DNA of 64,000 nucleotides from Owenia fusiformis (Eukaryota). Shown piece by piece: positions 53,101 to 64,000 of this stretch (its first letter is position 1; the number at the start of each line of letters is the position of its first letter). A model generated the notes under the pieces. The model was not told where the DNA came from. It searched no databases and saw only the letters and a program-made list of their open reading frames with translations. The stretch is from NCBI GenBank assembly GCA_903813345.2, contig CAIIXF020000001.1:9610001-9674000 (forward strand). Reading direction: 5' to 3'. Made by a program: the position numbers and the translations under genes.

Positions 53101-56100
53101 TTTTCAAATTTCTTCCATGTGCATGTAATAAAAATTGATTATGTCTTAGGCCCCAAGGATCTGAAACCTGCTGGTCAAAATGGAATTACGGACCAGTTGC
53201 AATGTTATTCTCCTATACCCAGTGAAAAAATCAACTGGTCTGTATCAAAAATAACCTGATAATGACCAGCTGACCGGCCCTTAGGGGCTACATTGTAATG
53301 TGCTGGGAGGTTTAGGCTAAAGGGTTTATACCGAGGGAAATATGTGGGGGACCGTATTAGCATCATTGGTTTCAATGCATTGTACTTCTGCCTTAGTTTC
53401 AAAGGCAATAAATTCTTTTTGAAAGGTGTCCTGAGATTCCAAAATTAAGAAATAATTGTACTTATTTGAGAAATTGATTTTAAAGTTTTATAAATTGAAT
53501 TTTCTTTATTTTATTAAATAATATTCTTTGGTTTTTGAAGATTTTTTTACAAAGCAAAACATTATTTTTCATTCTAGATACAATAACATGCATATTGGCA
53601 TACTTTGTTTTAATATAAGATTGTTATAACTCCAAGTTTTGCAAGTCACATGACCAATTCTTAGAGAGTTGATTGGTTGAAACAGTTGATATCAGATATG
53701 ACAATTTGAAATTAGAAATAAGCTGTTATTCCGGTGGGAAATTGTATCAACTCCATTTCCATAGTTTTAAAAAAGGATCTTGTAAATTGTTTCAAGGTAT
53801 GATATTTCATATAAGATATCTCTAGGGTGAGACCAGGTGACATACAAAAAATCAAATTTCACATAGCAATACTAAGTAAGATACAGACCTCTAAACTTTC
53901 AAACCTTGATTTCTCAGTTCCGTAAAAATGTGAGATAGTACAAAGTTATTCTCATGCGACGAAATTAAGATAAGATCCATAATATGTTATCAAATGGTTA
54001 AATGCGCAAAATGTGTAGATATGTTTTCCTTAATAATGTGTGAGGAGGCCTTTCAGGCAATTTTCAAAAACGTAGTGAGAACAAGTTTGGTGGAGAGGGG
54101 AGGGGGATATCTCCCACCTCGGTCTCTCGCTAATGCCTAGGCCACATATGCGCCAGGCGCTGGCCGATGAGTAGTCATCGGCCGATTTCTAAATCAGTTT
54201 CGACAAAAATTATGTAATTCGGCAATTTTAGTTACAAAACATGAAGGTACATTATGTAAAATTTTGAAGACAATTGGTGTATATTTAATAAAATACCAGC
54301 ACCAGTCCTGTTACTTTTGGAACACCCTGGAGGTGGTAAAAAAACTAAAATGAATCTGATATACACCTAATCACAAGTGAATCATCTATTAATACATCAC
54401 TCTCATTTTAATAATTACAATTCTAGATTTTGATTTATATCAAAAGTGCTCAATTCAACAGTTATCTTATAAAAGGTAAATGACATTCTATATAAGTTGC
54501 CCTAGTCATTCCACAGTTCCAGGTGTTATTTTGTGGAGCCCATGTCTTGCCACATCACACGTGGAAATGACTTTGACAAACCTTGGACATCTTTCTTTCA
54601 GTCCATGGACTCTAAAATAAGAAGAATTTGCGTTGTAGGGAGCGTAAAATTGGTTATTTTGAATGCCGCCTCTTGTATTTTTCTACCCTTTGCATTCGTT
54701 TGACTTCACTTCTTAAAAGAGAGCTTCGTCTTCACTCTTTCAAACTAAAATAAACCTGTGAACTCACCGCGCCAATCAGTGTTCGTCGGCCAAATTTGAC
54801 CGACGTTCTTTATATGGTCATTCCTTCTGACGTCATCGTTGAGCCCGGAATTGACCAATGACATGCGCATATTTAATTAGAACGCATTTGGCATATATGT
54901 TTCTTCAAGCTCGCTGATTGGTGGAAGGTCAGCGCGTAGGTCAAAAGTGATTTACCCAAACTGTCAACGGTACCCGTCGTGGGGGCGGGGCTACTAAACT
55001 GTAATATGGTCTCTACTAGGCAGAGTGTAGTTTAACTAGACTCTGCTCGCAGGGTAGTATTTTTCATCTGCCTCTTGTACACAAAGTTACTGAAACCACT
55101 GTGTATATATAAGTGCAAAATCCTATATTATACAAACATATTTGGGGTGGCAATGGTAGGTTAATTGAATTCTTCACTTTTCAGTTTCTAAGGGCCAGGA
55201 ATCGTGCAAATATGAACGAGAAATATTGGACATTCAACCACCTTAATTCCTTAACAAACATCATTTTTAGATTTGACTGAAAAAAATATATGGTCCAGCA
55301 AGTGTGAATAAGTGAGTGTTGTCTGAGAGTCTAATTTATGGGAAGTGTGTGGTTTACCTGACCTACCAGATGTTTGAAAATCAAGGATTGCGAGTCTCAT
55401 ACTGCACAGTTTTTCCTCAAACTTATGCCATTCAAATTAAAACAAAATTGCCTTTCTGTTGGTGCATTGCTTTCTCGTTTTAGCAGCGTTTTGGTCTTAT
55501 GAGAAAGGCTTCTCATAGTTGGGGACCCAAATGCCACTGAAAGTAGGGACTCTGTAACATTTCTTGGTAAAATATCCTTCTCAAATTCCTTCTCAAAATG
55601 AGAATATTTATAGTGATACTACCACTTTAAACATTTGAAGATAAGTCAAATAAATCAAAAAATAAATCAAGTAAAATTCTTGCTATTTCTTGGTAAAATA
55701 TCATACTTAAATTCCTCTTCAAAATGAGAATATTTATAGTGATACTACCACTTTAAGCGTGGGAGGATGTATACTATAAAAGGTAAACATGAATTCTATT
55801 TTGAATAAGATGTTTTTGTTTGTCCTGACCAAGACATACACACACACATGTACAAGGTAAGAGGCAACATAATATTAACATATTTATTAATCATCAAGGA
55901 TGATACTATAAGAGAGAGAGAGAGGTAGGTGTGTTAGAATTGTGTTGAAATGTTCAGTCAAATGTGAAGCACTGATCACAAAAGGCTACTAAAGTTTTGC
56001 ATCAAATGGGAATAATATTTCTAGTGTCTCGCCATTTTTTCCACACTATTCACTGAACAATGAACATGTGCCGCGTTGTTTAACAAATAAAATTGGAAGT

Positions 56101-56690
56101 GACACATTTTTTGAAACCTCACACATTTTCACAACATGAATTCACAATAAAATTAATCAATTAGAAATTCAATACAATATAATTTTCACATGAAGGTGTG
56201 GAACTAGTATACAAGGATTCAAGATAATAAATGCAAATTCAATGTTCTCAATTTTATCTCAAGTGGGTGCAGAACTCTTATTTTTCATAATTAAAACCAA
56301 CTAATATAATAAATCAAATGTCGATTTCTGATAAAAACAACTTAAGTTAAAGAGAAAAAGGTAAAAATTTATGTTGCAAACTAATGATCAATTATTCCCG
56401 TAGTTAAAGGCATAAGCTTCAAATTAACCAGTAATTCAATTATCTTTGACTTAGTTAATGAATGTTTTTGTTAAAAATAACTTACCACATACGACTTGGT
56501 ATTGAAATTGAAGCCTGTGATGCAGAGTGTCTGGTGTGCTGGAAATAAAAAAAGTGATAATGATGTTTAATCATTTTTAATGACACAAAACAAACACTAT
56601 AGTTTTTCATCATGATGATTATTATGATTTCAATAAAATTATAAATTATCAAATTAAAGACATACAGATCCTCAGATTACGTGCAGTCAT
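17179..56690 (-). CDS. TAF2: Transcription initiation factor TFIID subunit 2, 31 coding exons, ~1220 aa: 56690-56666, 56538-56486, 48251-48179, 46894-46804, 46523-46405, 44790-44649, 39423-39229, 38906-38804, 37042-36924, 36597-36484, 36306-36207, 35919-35719, 30073-29981, 29698-29637, 29374-29260, 28740-28631, 26646-26448, 26163-26044, 25853-25713, 25509-25399, 24699-24614, 24196-24080, 23786-23647, 22963-22894, 22265-22161, 22000-21901, 21433-21365, 20561-20391, 19599-19495, 19110-19014, 17495-17179
   Basis: Exons translate to recognisable TAF2 segments ([90 protein letters not shown]) and a His/Lys-rich C-terminus. All introns are GT-AG, phases are consistent, total 3663 nt. The 25-nt first exon is the least certain. 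Confidence 0.93.
18027..19035 (-). repeat. 69-bp minisatellite (~15 units) built from the TAF2 exon 30 / donor junction
   Basis: Unit ATAATGACATCAAATATAG|GTAAGATCTTCTACAGTCTAGATTCCATTATAAACAAGCCCTACCCACCC on the minus strand; one unit is 66 bp. Confidence 0.95.
20926..21131. mobile_element. hAT-like MITE with 5-bp TSD (degenerate relative at ~25130-25315)
   Basis: TIR CAGGCCCGTAGCCAGG / CCTGGCTACGGGCCTG; TGGCA on both flanks. Confidence 0.85.
24250..24346 (-). other. Degenerate tRNA-like/SINE-head segment enclosed by a short inverted repeat
   Basis: Minus strand GTAGCTCAG...GGGTTCGATCCCC (A/B-box-like); flanks TGATGTGAAAAAGTCAG / CTGACTTTTCTTCATCA. Confidence 0.4.
29375..29636 (-). other. 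U12-type (minor spliceosome) GT-AG intron in TAF2
   Basis: 5' splice site GTATCCTTT; branch-like TTCCTTCAC ~10 nt before the AG. Confidence 0.85.
33897..34289 (+). CDS. GLOD5: Glyoxalase/VOC-family protein (GLOD5/YaeR-like), single coding exon, antisense within a TAF2 intron (30074-35718)
   Basis: [62 protein letters not shown] and [17 protein letters not shown]; intact 130-aa ORF. Confidence 0.88.
   Translation: MRMEILIDHIDHIVLTVVDMDKTINFYTDVLGMTVTTFKGTRKALAFGQSKINLHQAGKEFEPKARSPTPGSTDLCFITKTPIDAVIDRLKDLGIPIEEGPVERTGAHGTILSVYIRDPDGNLIELSNYV
35501..35637. repeat. Short ~28-bp tandem repeat (~5 units)
   Basis: ATATATGGTAATTCCTCAGTTTTCTCC repeated. Confidence 0.8.
36020..36190. mobile_element. 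Small foldback MITE (possibly PIF/Harbinger-like); relative at 39930-44490 split by an insertion, possible relative at 57733-57863
   Basis: Ends CGGTCACTTT.. / ..AAATGTGACCG; internal GTAGCTTC / GAAGCTAC dyad. Confidence 0.55.
37033..37770 (-). repeat. 49-bp minisatellite (~15 units) containing the TAF2 exon 9 acceptor junction
   Basis: Plus-strand unit ACTCAAATGCCTACAAAAGAACTCACTGAACTACCACACTGGCATATAT; minus strand reads TTTTGTAG|GCATTTGAGT. Confidence 0.95.
37760..38650. repeat. 52-bp minisatellite related to the adjacent 49-bp array
   Basis: Unit ATATATACTCAACTGTCACCAATGCAATAATTTATTGAGCTACTACATTTGC. Confidence 0.95.
40760..41345. repeat. Degenerate (CGTT/CGTC/CGTG)n tetranucleotide microsatellite
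   Basis: Direct reading. Confidence 0.9.
41395..43400. repeat. ~2-kb purine-rich degenerate (GGAA/GCAA/GCGA)n microsatellite
   Basis: Direct reading; source of many spurious low-complexity ORFs. Confidence 0.95.
44835..45193. mobile_element. Foldback element with a terminal hairpin plus a second inverted-repeat pair
   Basis: Hairpin GTCACTATCGTGGCA..TGCCACGATAGTGAC (44835-44939); perfect 26-bp IR at 44947-44972 / 45168-45193. Confidence 0.65.
45493..45993 (+). pseudogene. Truncated, degenerate reverse-transcriptase fragment of a non-LTR retrotransposon (L1/Tx1-like)
   Basis: [10 protein letters not shown] (decayed RG.RQG.PLS), [33 protein letters not shown]. Confidence 0.85.
46895..48178 (-). 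other. Probable U12-type GT-AG intron in TAF2
   Basis: 5' splice site GTATCCTTT; read-through hits TAA, whereas splicing restores KQC|KIYRV; branch match (TTTCTTAT) is weaker. Confidence 0.75.
48882..49327 (+). mobile_element. Kolobok-like transposon end
   Basis: TTAA|AGGCCCCAT.. terminus; homologous over ~445 bp to an inverted copy at 63318-63766; fragments at ~23810-23990 and ~27920-28010. Confidence 0.65.
50215..51411 (+). mobile_element. Helentron/HINE (pearl/DINE-1-like) element with ~140-bp core tandem repeats
   Basis: ~5 core repeats (period 135-146 bp), then a (GGAC)n microsatellite and 3' hairpin ATCCC..CGAACTTCGTTCG..GGGAT; 5' boundary approximate. Confidence 0.75.
51744..53966. 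mobile_element. ~2.2-kb foldback element with long internal inverted repeats
   Basis: Near-perfect ~170-bp IR at 51909-52078 / 53555-53727; outer IR TCGTCGCGTGAGAATAACTTTGTACTA / TAGTACAAAGTTATTCTCATGCGACGA. Confidence 0.7.
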
Positions 56691-57379
56691 GGTAGCATCA
56701 AACTTAAAATAATAGGTAACAAAAATGATGCATGCTTTAACTGCACAGTGTTCATGCGGTTTATATTACACATTTCAGAAAGTTGTCCTGAGATGGTGGT
56801 AAAAATACAAAGAGTTATTAACATGAGGACCATTTAAGTGTGGTGCTTCACTGTGGATAAACCCATCTAACCGTAAAACTAAAAATAAATGCCATGTATT
56901 CAGTTATGCACACGCTTCTGAAAAAAGTTTCATGTGAAAAGGTAGCACAAGTTCAACAGTAGTCAAAACAAGGATCAGAACCCACTTCTTCAACAGGATA
57001 AAATTCAGCTGGATTCAAAATTACAGTATGTAGGATATTTATTTGTAATTACTAAAGAAATTAATTGTGAAAAGAAACAATCAAAATTACCTCTATAATG
57101 AATATGGTCCTCTACAGTGCTGGTATATATTAATTGATCAGTCGTTTAATTGGCATATTTTCTTGAATTTTAACATTTAATGTTCCAAACTCCCACAAAC
57201 TGCTGAAAAGTATACACCATAAATCATATTTACCAAAATTAGTGTCTCCAAGGCTTCACACCAGCGTATGCATTATGCATTTGTCATGAGTTTGAGCTGA
57301 AATTTCCCCAAAATGAAGTAGGCTAAGGGTGGTCTCTGCCAGGTTTGTTTATTGTGGTAAGCTTGTAAGTGCTCAGAAG

Positions 57380-57555
57380 CAAATAATTCATGTGCGCAAA
57401 ACAATCAAATAATCTGATTGGTTTAAACTTTGCTGCACATGCGCACAATGTGTGCCATGTTTTTTTCTAGTGATTTCGTTTCGTTTCGTGGAGTTTCCGT
57501 TTCAGTGTAACTTCCGCAAAAATGGCTGACCATAGACAGAATTAACAGGTAAAAT
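57380..57555. promoter_or_regulatory. Candidate (bidirectional) promoter upstream of TAF2
   Basis: Two TGCGCA motifs, ATTGG, TTCCG, AAAATGGC (YY1-like) and a plus-strand donor CAG|GTAAAA at 57549; about 0.7-0.9 kb upstream of the TAF2 ATG. Confidence 0.4.
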
Positions 57556-59153
57556 CACTTCAAAGTTTCAAGAGAACTTTTACCTATAATAGCAAAACTT
57601 TTGTTTTATTTGTGCATTCTATCTATCAGATAAGAGTCTCAGGGGTATGTAGGCAAATTCATTTTGGTAGGAGCACTCTGTTTAGTTTGAAAACGCACCC
57701 TTAATTATCATATATCAGCACTATACTTATGCCTAGGTCACATTTGCTGCGATTCAACGGCCGGCGCCCGGCCAATTGAGTATTTTGTTCAAAATTGAAT
57801 ACATTTCTGAACAAAATACTCAATCGGCCGGGTGCCGTAGTGAAAATCTGAGCAAATGTGACCATCATGACATTACAGGTTGTTCAATAAGTCTTAATAC
57901 AACTAATCTTTTATGATTCATTTATATTTCCAAATCATTTCGATATATCTAAATAAATTCAATAGATAAATGATTACTCGGCCTTAAATTTGGTTAAAAG
58001 ACCTTCAAAACCAAAATGTGGTCATGATTATATTGATATTATCCCAAGATTATTGTGTTACCTGTACAATACACCCAGTGATAGTTCTCATATTATGGAG
58101 ATCAGTCATCAGCGTGATATTTTTCCAAAAATCATTATCAGCCAAATGACAAAAATGGTAACCAAAATAGAAAAATAATACATTTCTGTAAAAATCTTTA
58201 GTTTCCCTGAGATAAAGTATGCAGTTTGGAGATTTTTCAGAAAATTGACAAAAATATTCTAAAATTGAAACATTTTTATTCAGCTTGCTCCCTATATCTG
58301 ATAAACTATCAAATTTAATTTCCCAAATACAAAGTCATTCACACATATCAATGCCTTGCCACTCTATGTAAGGAGAACTTGATAAACAAAGTCAAGGACA
58401 AGCGGTCAGGGTCTGTTTCAGTCGTCATTTGTGAAGTTTTATTTCATTTCTATTATCTTATTTCCCAAATTCTAAGAATTATTTTTTTTTCAAAACAAAC
58501 AAGGCACAATGTACCTTATAAGTCAAATGCAACATTAATCTTGTGGATGTATGATCCAAGTATCATGTATGCTTTGCAAAATGCAGCATTAATTTATAAC
58601 AAGAGGAGGGAAACCCCAGAGTTCCTAGATGACTTCATAATTACCTCTCTTGATTACCACCTCCCATTTGTCACAAGATTTCTACCATCTAGTATATCTA
58701 AATGCCATACGTTGATGCAATGTTTTAATTGATGTAAACATATTCATTGTATCTTTCTTCATCTTGACATGAAATAGCAAGCTATAATATTGGTAAATAT
58801 GCCAGAAGAATTCAACATTACTACTATATATTAATTGACACAATTTTACAAAATGTTAAATCCGCCATTTTGTTTCTGTTAGCCCCCATGTTATTTGACC
58901 AATCAGCCATGAGGCCCATCTCTACATGAAAGTCCACTGAAGCGAGGTCATCTCTGAACTCTGGGGGTTTTCCTCCTTTCATTAGAGAGATTTCGCACAT
59001 AAGTGAAAGTACAACTTATACATATACGTATACTTTAAAGGGTCATGTCGAACTATTATATTTACTAAAATCAATTTTAAATTGTACTAATGGAACATGG
59101 AACTAGAGACTGTGAATGCACTGTCATCTGCACGTGTAGATTATGCACCTTAT

Positions 59154-61360
59154 CAGGGTTCGAACTTAACTTTTTAGACTGGTAGTGAAAATAGTTACCT
59201 GACATTTTTTCTAGGTAACTAAATTCCAAAGTAAGGTAGTTTTTTTACCGGTTGAAAAAATTTCGATAGACACAGTTTTCCTTGACACTAAAAACAAATC
59301 TAATGATCTGTTGATCTCAAGTTTATTATAGTTTACAAAATAAACCCTCCCCCTTTAATATGACATTAAAATAAGATATAAAAAGAACTGGATCATACAG
59401 GACTATCCTTCTTTCCAGAATGATAGATATAGATATATTTGCCTCAAAAAATAGTATTTTTCTGACTCAAAAGTAAATAGAACTAGAAAAACAGCAACTC
59501 CACGGAGTAGCAAATCCCACCGAACAAAACATGTTTTGATAAAAAATTTGAGCCAAATTCATCGACTGGTATTTGAATTATCAAAGATTATGTTTTTATG
59601 AAACATGGTTGCCATTTTGAAATTCAGCTGTCATCTTTAGATTTCTTCTTTAGCAGAGAATGTCAGTCCAATGGTATTTGGGTTATCAAAGATTACTTTT
59701 TTAATGGCAGCCATTTTGAAATTCAGCTAACGCCTTTAAAATTTCTTCTGAAGCAGACCTCCTTTTTCCCTAAACATCAGCATATAAAATTGGAACCAAA
59801 TCCATCCACTGGTATTTGAGTTATCATTAATAACATTTTTTTACGAAAAATGGCGGCCATTTTGAAATTCAGGGGCCATCTTGAAAATTTATTTTTGCGC
59901 AGAACTTCTTTGTCTCTAGGCATCAGCATATAGAATTTGAACCAAATCCGTCAACTGGTATTTGAGTTATCAAAGGTTACGTTCTTTTATGAAAAATGGC
60001 GGCCATTTTGAAATTTAGCTACCACCTTGAAAATCCCTTCTCGAGCAGAGCTCCTATGTTCCTAGGCATCATCATGTAAAATTTGAACTAAATCCATTCA
60101 ATGGTAATTGAGTTATCAAAGATAATGTTTTTTATGAAAAATGGCCGCCATTTTGAAATTTAACTGCCATCTTGAAAATCCTTTCTCGAGCAGAGCTCCT
60201 ATGTCCCTAGGCATCAGCATCTAAAATTTTGAAATTTGATGGCCATCTTGAAAATGTCTTCTTGAGCAAGGCTCCTTTGTACCCAGGCAACAGCATATAA
60301 AATTTGAACCAAATCCATCCACTAGTATTTGAGTTATTAAAGATTATATTTTTTCCGAAAAATGGCTGCCATTTTGAATAAAGTGGCCATATTGAAAATT
60401 CCTTCTCGAGCAGAGGTCCTACATCCATAAGGCATAAGCCTATAAAATTTGAATGAAATCCGTCAACCGGTATTTGAGTTATTGCCCGGACACACGAACG
60501 GACGGACGGACGAACGGACGGAAGAACGGACGGACGGACGAACGGACGGACGGACGAACGGACGGACGGACGAACGGACGGACGGCTTTTCTATATCCCC
60601 CTCGAACTTCGTTCGGTGGGATAATTAGCTTTAAAAGACCTTAGAAGAATGTTTCAAGTCAATAGAGAAAAGATGTTGTCTTATGAGAACATAAACATTG
60701 GTAGTCATGTGATCAGACCAAATTATAATAGACCAATCATGTTGTTTCAACATTCAAATTTAAATTTCCCACTATAATAAACATTCCTAAGTGGCTCAAA
60801 GTGAAAGGTCAACCTGCTTAATTTATGCAGCTGTTGCGTTTGAGAGTTTCCCTCCCCAAGATTTTATTTTTTTATTTCAAATCTACATGGTGAAATGGGA
60901 ACTGCAAACTTTATTGAAGGGGGTATGCTTATTGAAAGCAATTACTAGTATTTTTCTCAATAGATGTCTCCCTCACTCACTAATCAACAGGAAGTTAGCA
61001 ATCTTCAAAAAGTATCTTAATAATACGGTGATTTTACCTGAAAATTGCCGATTTTTAAGACTTTATTTTAGAAAAATAAGAAACTGTATGGTAAGTAAAC
61101 ACTTTATCTTATGTTTTGAGAAGTTATAGCCTAAAAGCTGAAGTGAAAGAGGACGAAAAGTGCCAAAGAAAAAATGTTTTATCACGGAAGCATATTTTCA
61201 TTCTCAGCATTTTTTCAATTGAGAAGTTGAGTTGACGATCGTATAGAGATCTTCCCATAAACCAGGAAACTGTTTTCGTTACTTGGGCATGTTGCTAGGT
61301 AACGATTTGAGAAAATGAAGGAACGAATCGTTACTTCCGCAACGCTAATTTCGAACCCTG
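59154..61360. mobile_element. hAT-like non-autonomous element with 5-bp TSD, containing a nested HINE
   Basis: TIR CAGGGTTCGAA / TTCGAACCCTG; CTTAT on both flanks. Confidence 0.75.
59481..60624 (+). mobile_element. Helentron/HINE (pearl-like) element
   Basis: 5' stem GCAACTCCACGGAGTAGC, ~146-bp core repeats, (GGAC)n, 3' hairpin as in 50215-51411. Confidence 0.8.
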
Positions 61361-61742
61361 CTTATAATTAAATGCTTGCTTCCGTGTCCTTGTAGTTGTA
61401 GTGTATTATAAACACGATCCTTTAAAGTGAGTCATGATTCTTTAAAGTGAGTCATTACATAAACAAGTTGATTATTTCAATGTTTTCATGATCAGTATAA
61501 GTTCAATGAACTTACAAAACGGTATATTTACGTAGATGATAACGTATACAGTTGGATCTCTGTATAAAGATTTGCCTACATGTGTGTGGAACAATTGACC
61601 GCAAGCATTTTTAAAAATTAATTGGCTGAGTGGTAACAGTATCCAATCAAATACTTTAACCATCAATTTGAAACACCAATCAAACCAGTAGGTTCTAGCA
61701 ATTTCTGGAAACGACCCATTCAGTAGATCAACAAATGACATA

Positions 61743-61963
61743 CAGGGTGTTTCATAACGAGCATCTCCAAAAAGTCAATTTGAGAAGAGATGGGTCTATA
61801 ACATATGTACTATATATGAGTCTATTTTATTCTAGACAAACACATTTGGATCAACTAAACATGCTACCATTCAAGAAAGTACAAATGGCATCCCTTTGAC
61901 CTGTATTTATTACAGTCCGAGAAGATCTTTCCTGACGAAATGCCCACATTATGAAACACCTTG
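61743..61963. mobile_element. Tc1/mariner-like MITE
   Basis: TA|CAGGGTGTTTCATAA ... TTATGAAACACCTTG. Confidence 0.55.
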
Positions 61964-63317
61964 TCATTTACCTATAAGTATAAGTATACGTTATAAGTTG
62001 TACTTTCACTAGGTGCGAAATCTCTCTATTGATACACAAGATTGTTTTATGGAGAGATGGGAAGTATCGTGTATGCTTCGACTTTTGTATGCGGATTTTT
62101 ACAAAATAATATAAAACCCACGCTCAAGCCTGCACGTAATGAGTTATTATTCATTTCACCTCTCGTATCAACCTAGAAAGGATCATATCTGAGTTATACT
62201 TGAAAGTCATAAATAACTCAAGATTCCAGACTTTTTATTTAAAAAGTGATTTTATATCTGATCATCAAATAATCTACTCCAGTTATATTCCCAGCTATGG
62301 TCAATTGCCAAGCAATATTTCAAAATGTTTTTTCAATGAAACAAAACAGATACTCATGAAGTAGATTAGTATATTTCAAGTTAAAAAATAAATTGTGTTA
62401 AATTATTCCTATTTCTGAGTAAAATTTCATGCTACAGTATTTTATTATTAAAATTATTCGATTACACCCCGTGATTCTTACCAAAATATTGAACAGTAAT
62501 GTGGAAATTTCAAAAATTAGGAAAATGACCTTGATTTTGACCCTGACCTTTGACATTCAAAAATGTGAGTTTACTGACTTTTTTAAGTCTTAGATTGCTT
62601 AAACTTATTTTAAAGTCAAAACAAAAGATTTTGAAAAGGTGACCTTTTTCAACTTTAAAAGCTCATCAAAGGTCTCAATTTCTATTTCAGATTCTGAATC
62701 CAGAGCAAATTTCCTATCTAACTGAAACCTATCTTGGCAGATTTGGAACACTATAAAATGCATCCTTTTTTAAATTAGTAAGAATTTTCATTGTGACTTA
62801 GAGTAAGGCAATCATTGAAAATACTAAGAAGAATTAAAAAATTTTAGGTCTTGTTTTATTGTTTTAACTTATTTTAAAGTTGATATAAAGATTTCAAAAT
62901 TTGACTTTTTTTCTTAAAAGGTCATAGAAGGTCAACCAGAATTCAGATCTCAATTTAAAGTCCCCGTCTAAAGTTTGAAAATATTATTTTATCATTCATT
63001 TACTATTTGCCAGGACTTCAGAGTGATTTTAGAGATTTTTGAACAAAAATTTTTTTTTGAAAAAAAAGTTGTGAGCATTTCATTTCTCAAATATTCAAAT
63101 TGAAATTTCTTAATCATCAAATATTTCTTAATGCATTTCAAAAAAGATTATATTTTTAACACCAATGCAAAGATTGAACAAAAGACACACTATTTCAATA
63201 ATAAAATGTCATATTTAATGGGCCACTTCAATGTTTTAGCTTATCAAAAATATTTTGAAACATTAGTGATGTCACTAAGGTAACAAAAACTTTTTGAAAA
63301 AAATTGAATTTTTTTTT

Positions 63318-63766
63318 TCGATGTCAATCTTTTCTAATTATGCTAGACTTTCATAAAAAACCAATGTTGATTGTCTAACCAGGTTAAAAGGAAGAATAAA
63401 TTATGTTTTAGATATCATTGTACCATTGGTTTCTATGAGAACTAAAATTTTGAAATGCATTTTTCTCAGAACCATTTTCATGCACTGACAAGTTCATTTC
63501 TCGCTTGTTTATCAACCGATTTTCTTAATTTTTTCGGCAAAAAACATGGGAGGATGTATGCTATGCATTGGTATGAATTGTGGCTAATTAGAAGATATGA
63601 GTGACCTCTAAAAGTTGGTTTTAAATAAATTCACAAATTTTGGAACAAAAAGTCTATCAAAAAACACTTTTTGAAATTAAAAAAAAAAGTTTCACATATC
63701 ACACTTTGATAACATTGGGTAAGACTACAATATAAGCCAAAGTGGTTTAAACTTTACATGGGGCCT
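63318..63766 (-). mobile_element. Kolobok-like transposon end (inverted relative of 48882-49327)
   Basis: ..ATGGGGCCT|TTAA terminus; colinear similarity over ~445 bp. Confidence 0.65.
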
Positions 63767-64000
63767 TTAAGAGAAATCAAAAAATGGATGGCACACTCTC
63801 AAAAGCTCTCTATCTGAGCTACACAATGAAAAAAAGATAATAGACAAATTGTAAATTTGACCTAGATTTTGACTACTGACCTAGATAAAAAAAATTGACC
63901 AAATTTCCCAGTAAGCCAGGCACATACCCTGACTGGCCATATAAATAGAATTCACAACGAAACCCTAATTAACTCATAAATAATTTGCGAACAAACTATA

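Overview
AT-rich animal (invertebrate, probably lophotrochozoan-type) genomic DNA with spliceosomal introns; not prokaryotic. From left to right: (1) a probable Academ-like DNA-transposon cassette: a spliced ~1026-aa DDE-transposase-like gene (+, 725-4524) convergent with a 3-exon gene (-, 6650-5033) whose 191-aa product has a divergent SRF-type MADS-box-like domain that the ORF track shows only in part, followed by dyad repeats at a possible element end; (2) the last two coding exons of an innexin gene (+); (3) a 31-exon TAF2 gene (-, 56690-17179, ~1220 aa, phases checked by hand). TAF2 has two U12-type introns, an intronless antisense GLOD5-like gene in one intron, and two minisatellites built from its own splice junctions, one of which gives a ladder of in-frame splice donors. 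The introns and flanks hold many non-autonomous DNA transposons (Transib-like with a microsatellite cargo, hAT-like, Tc1/mariner, Kolobok-like, Helentron/HINE-like, foldback elements) and an L1/Tx1 reverse-transcriptase relic. All family calls come from motif recognition by eye; no searches were run.
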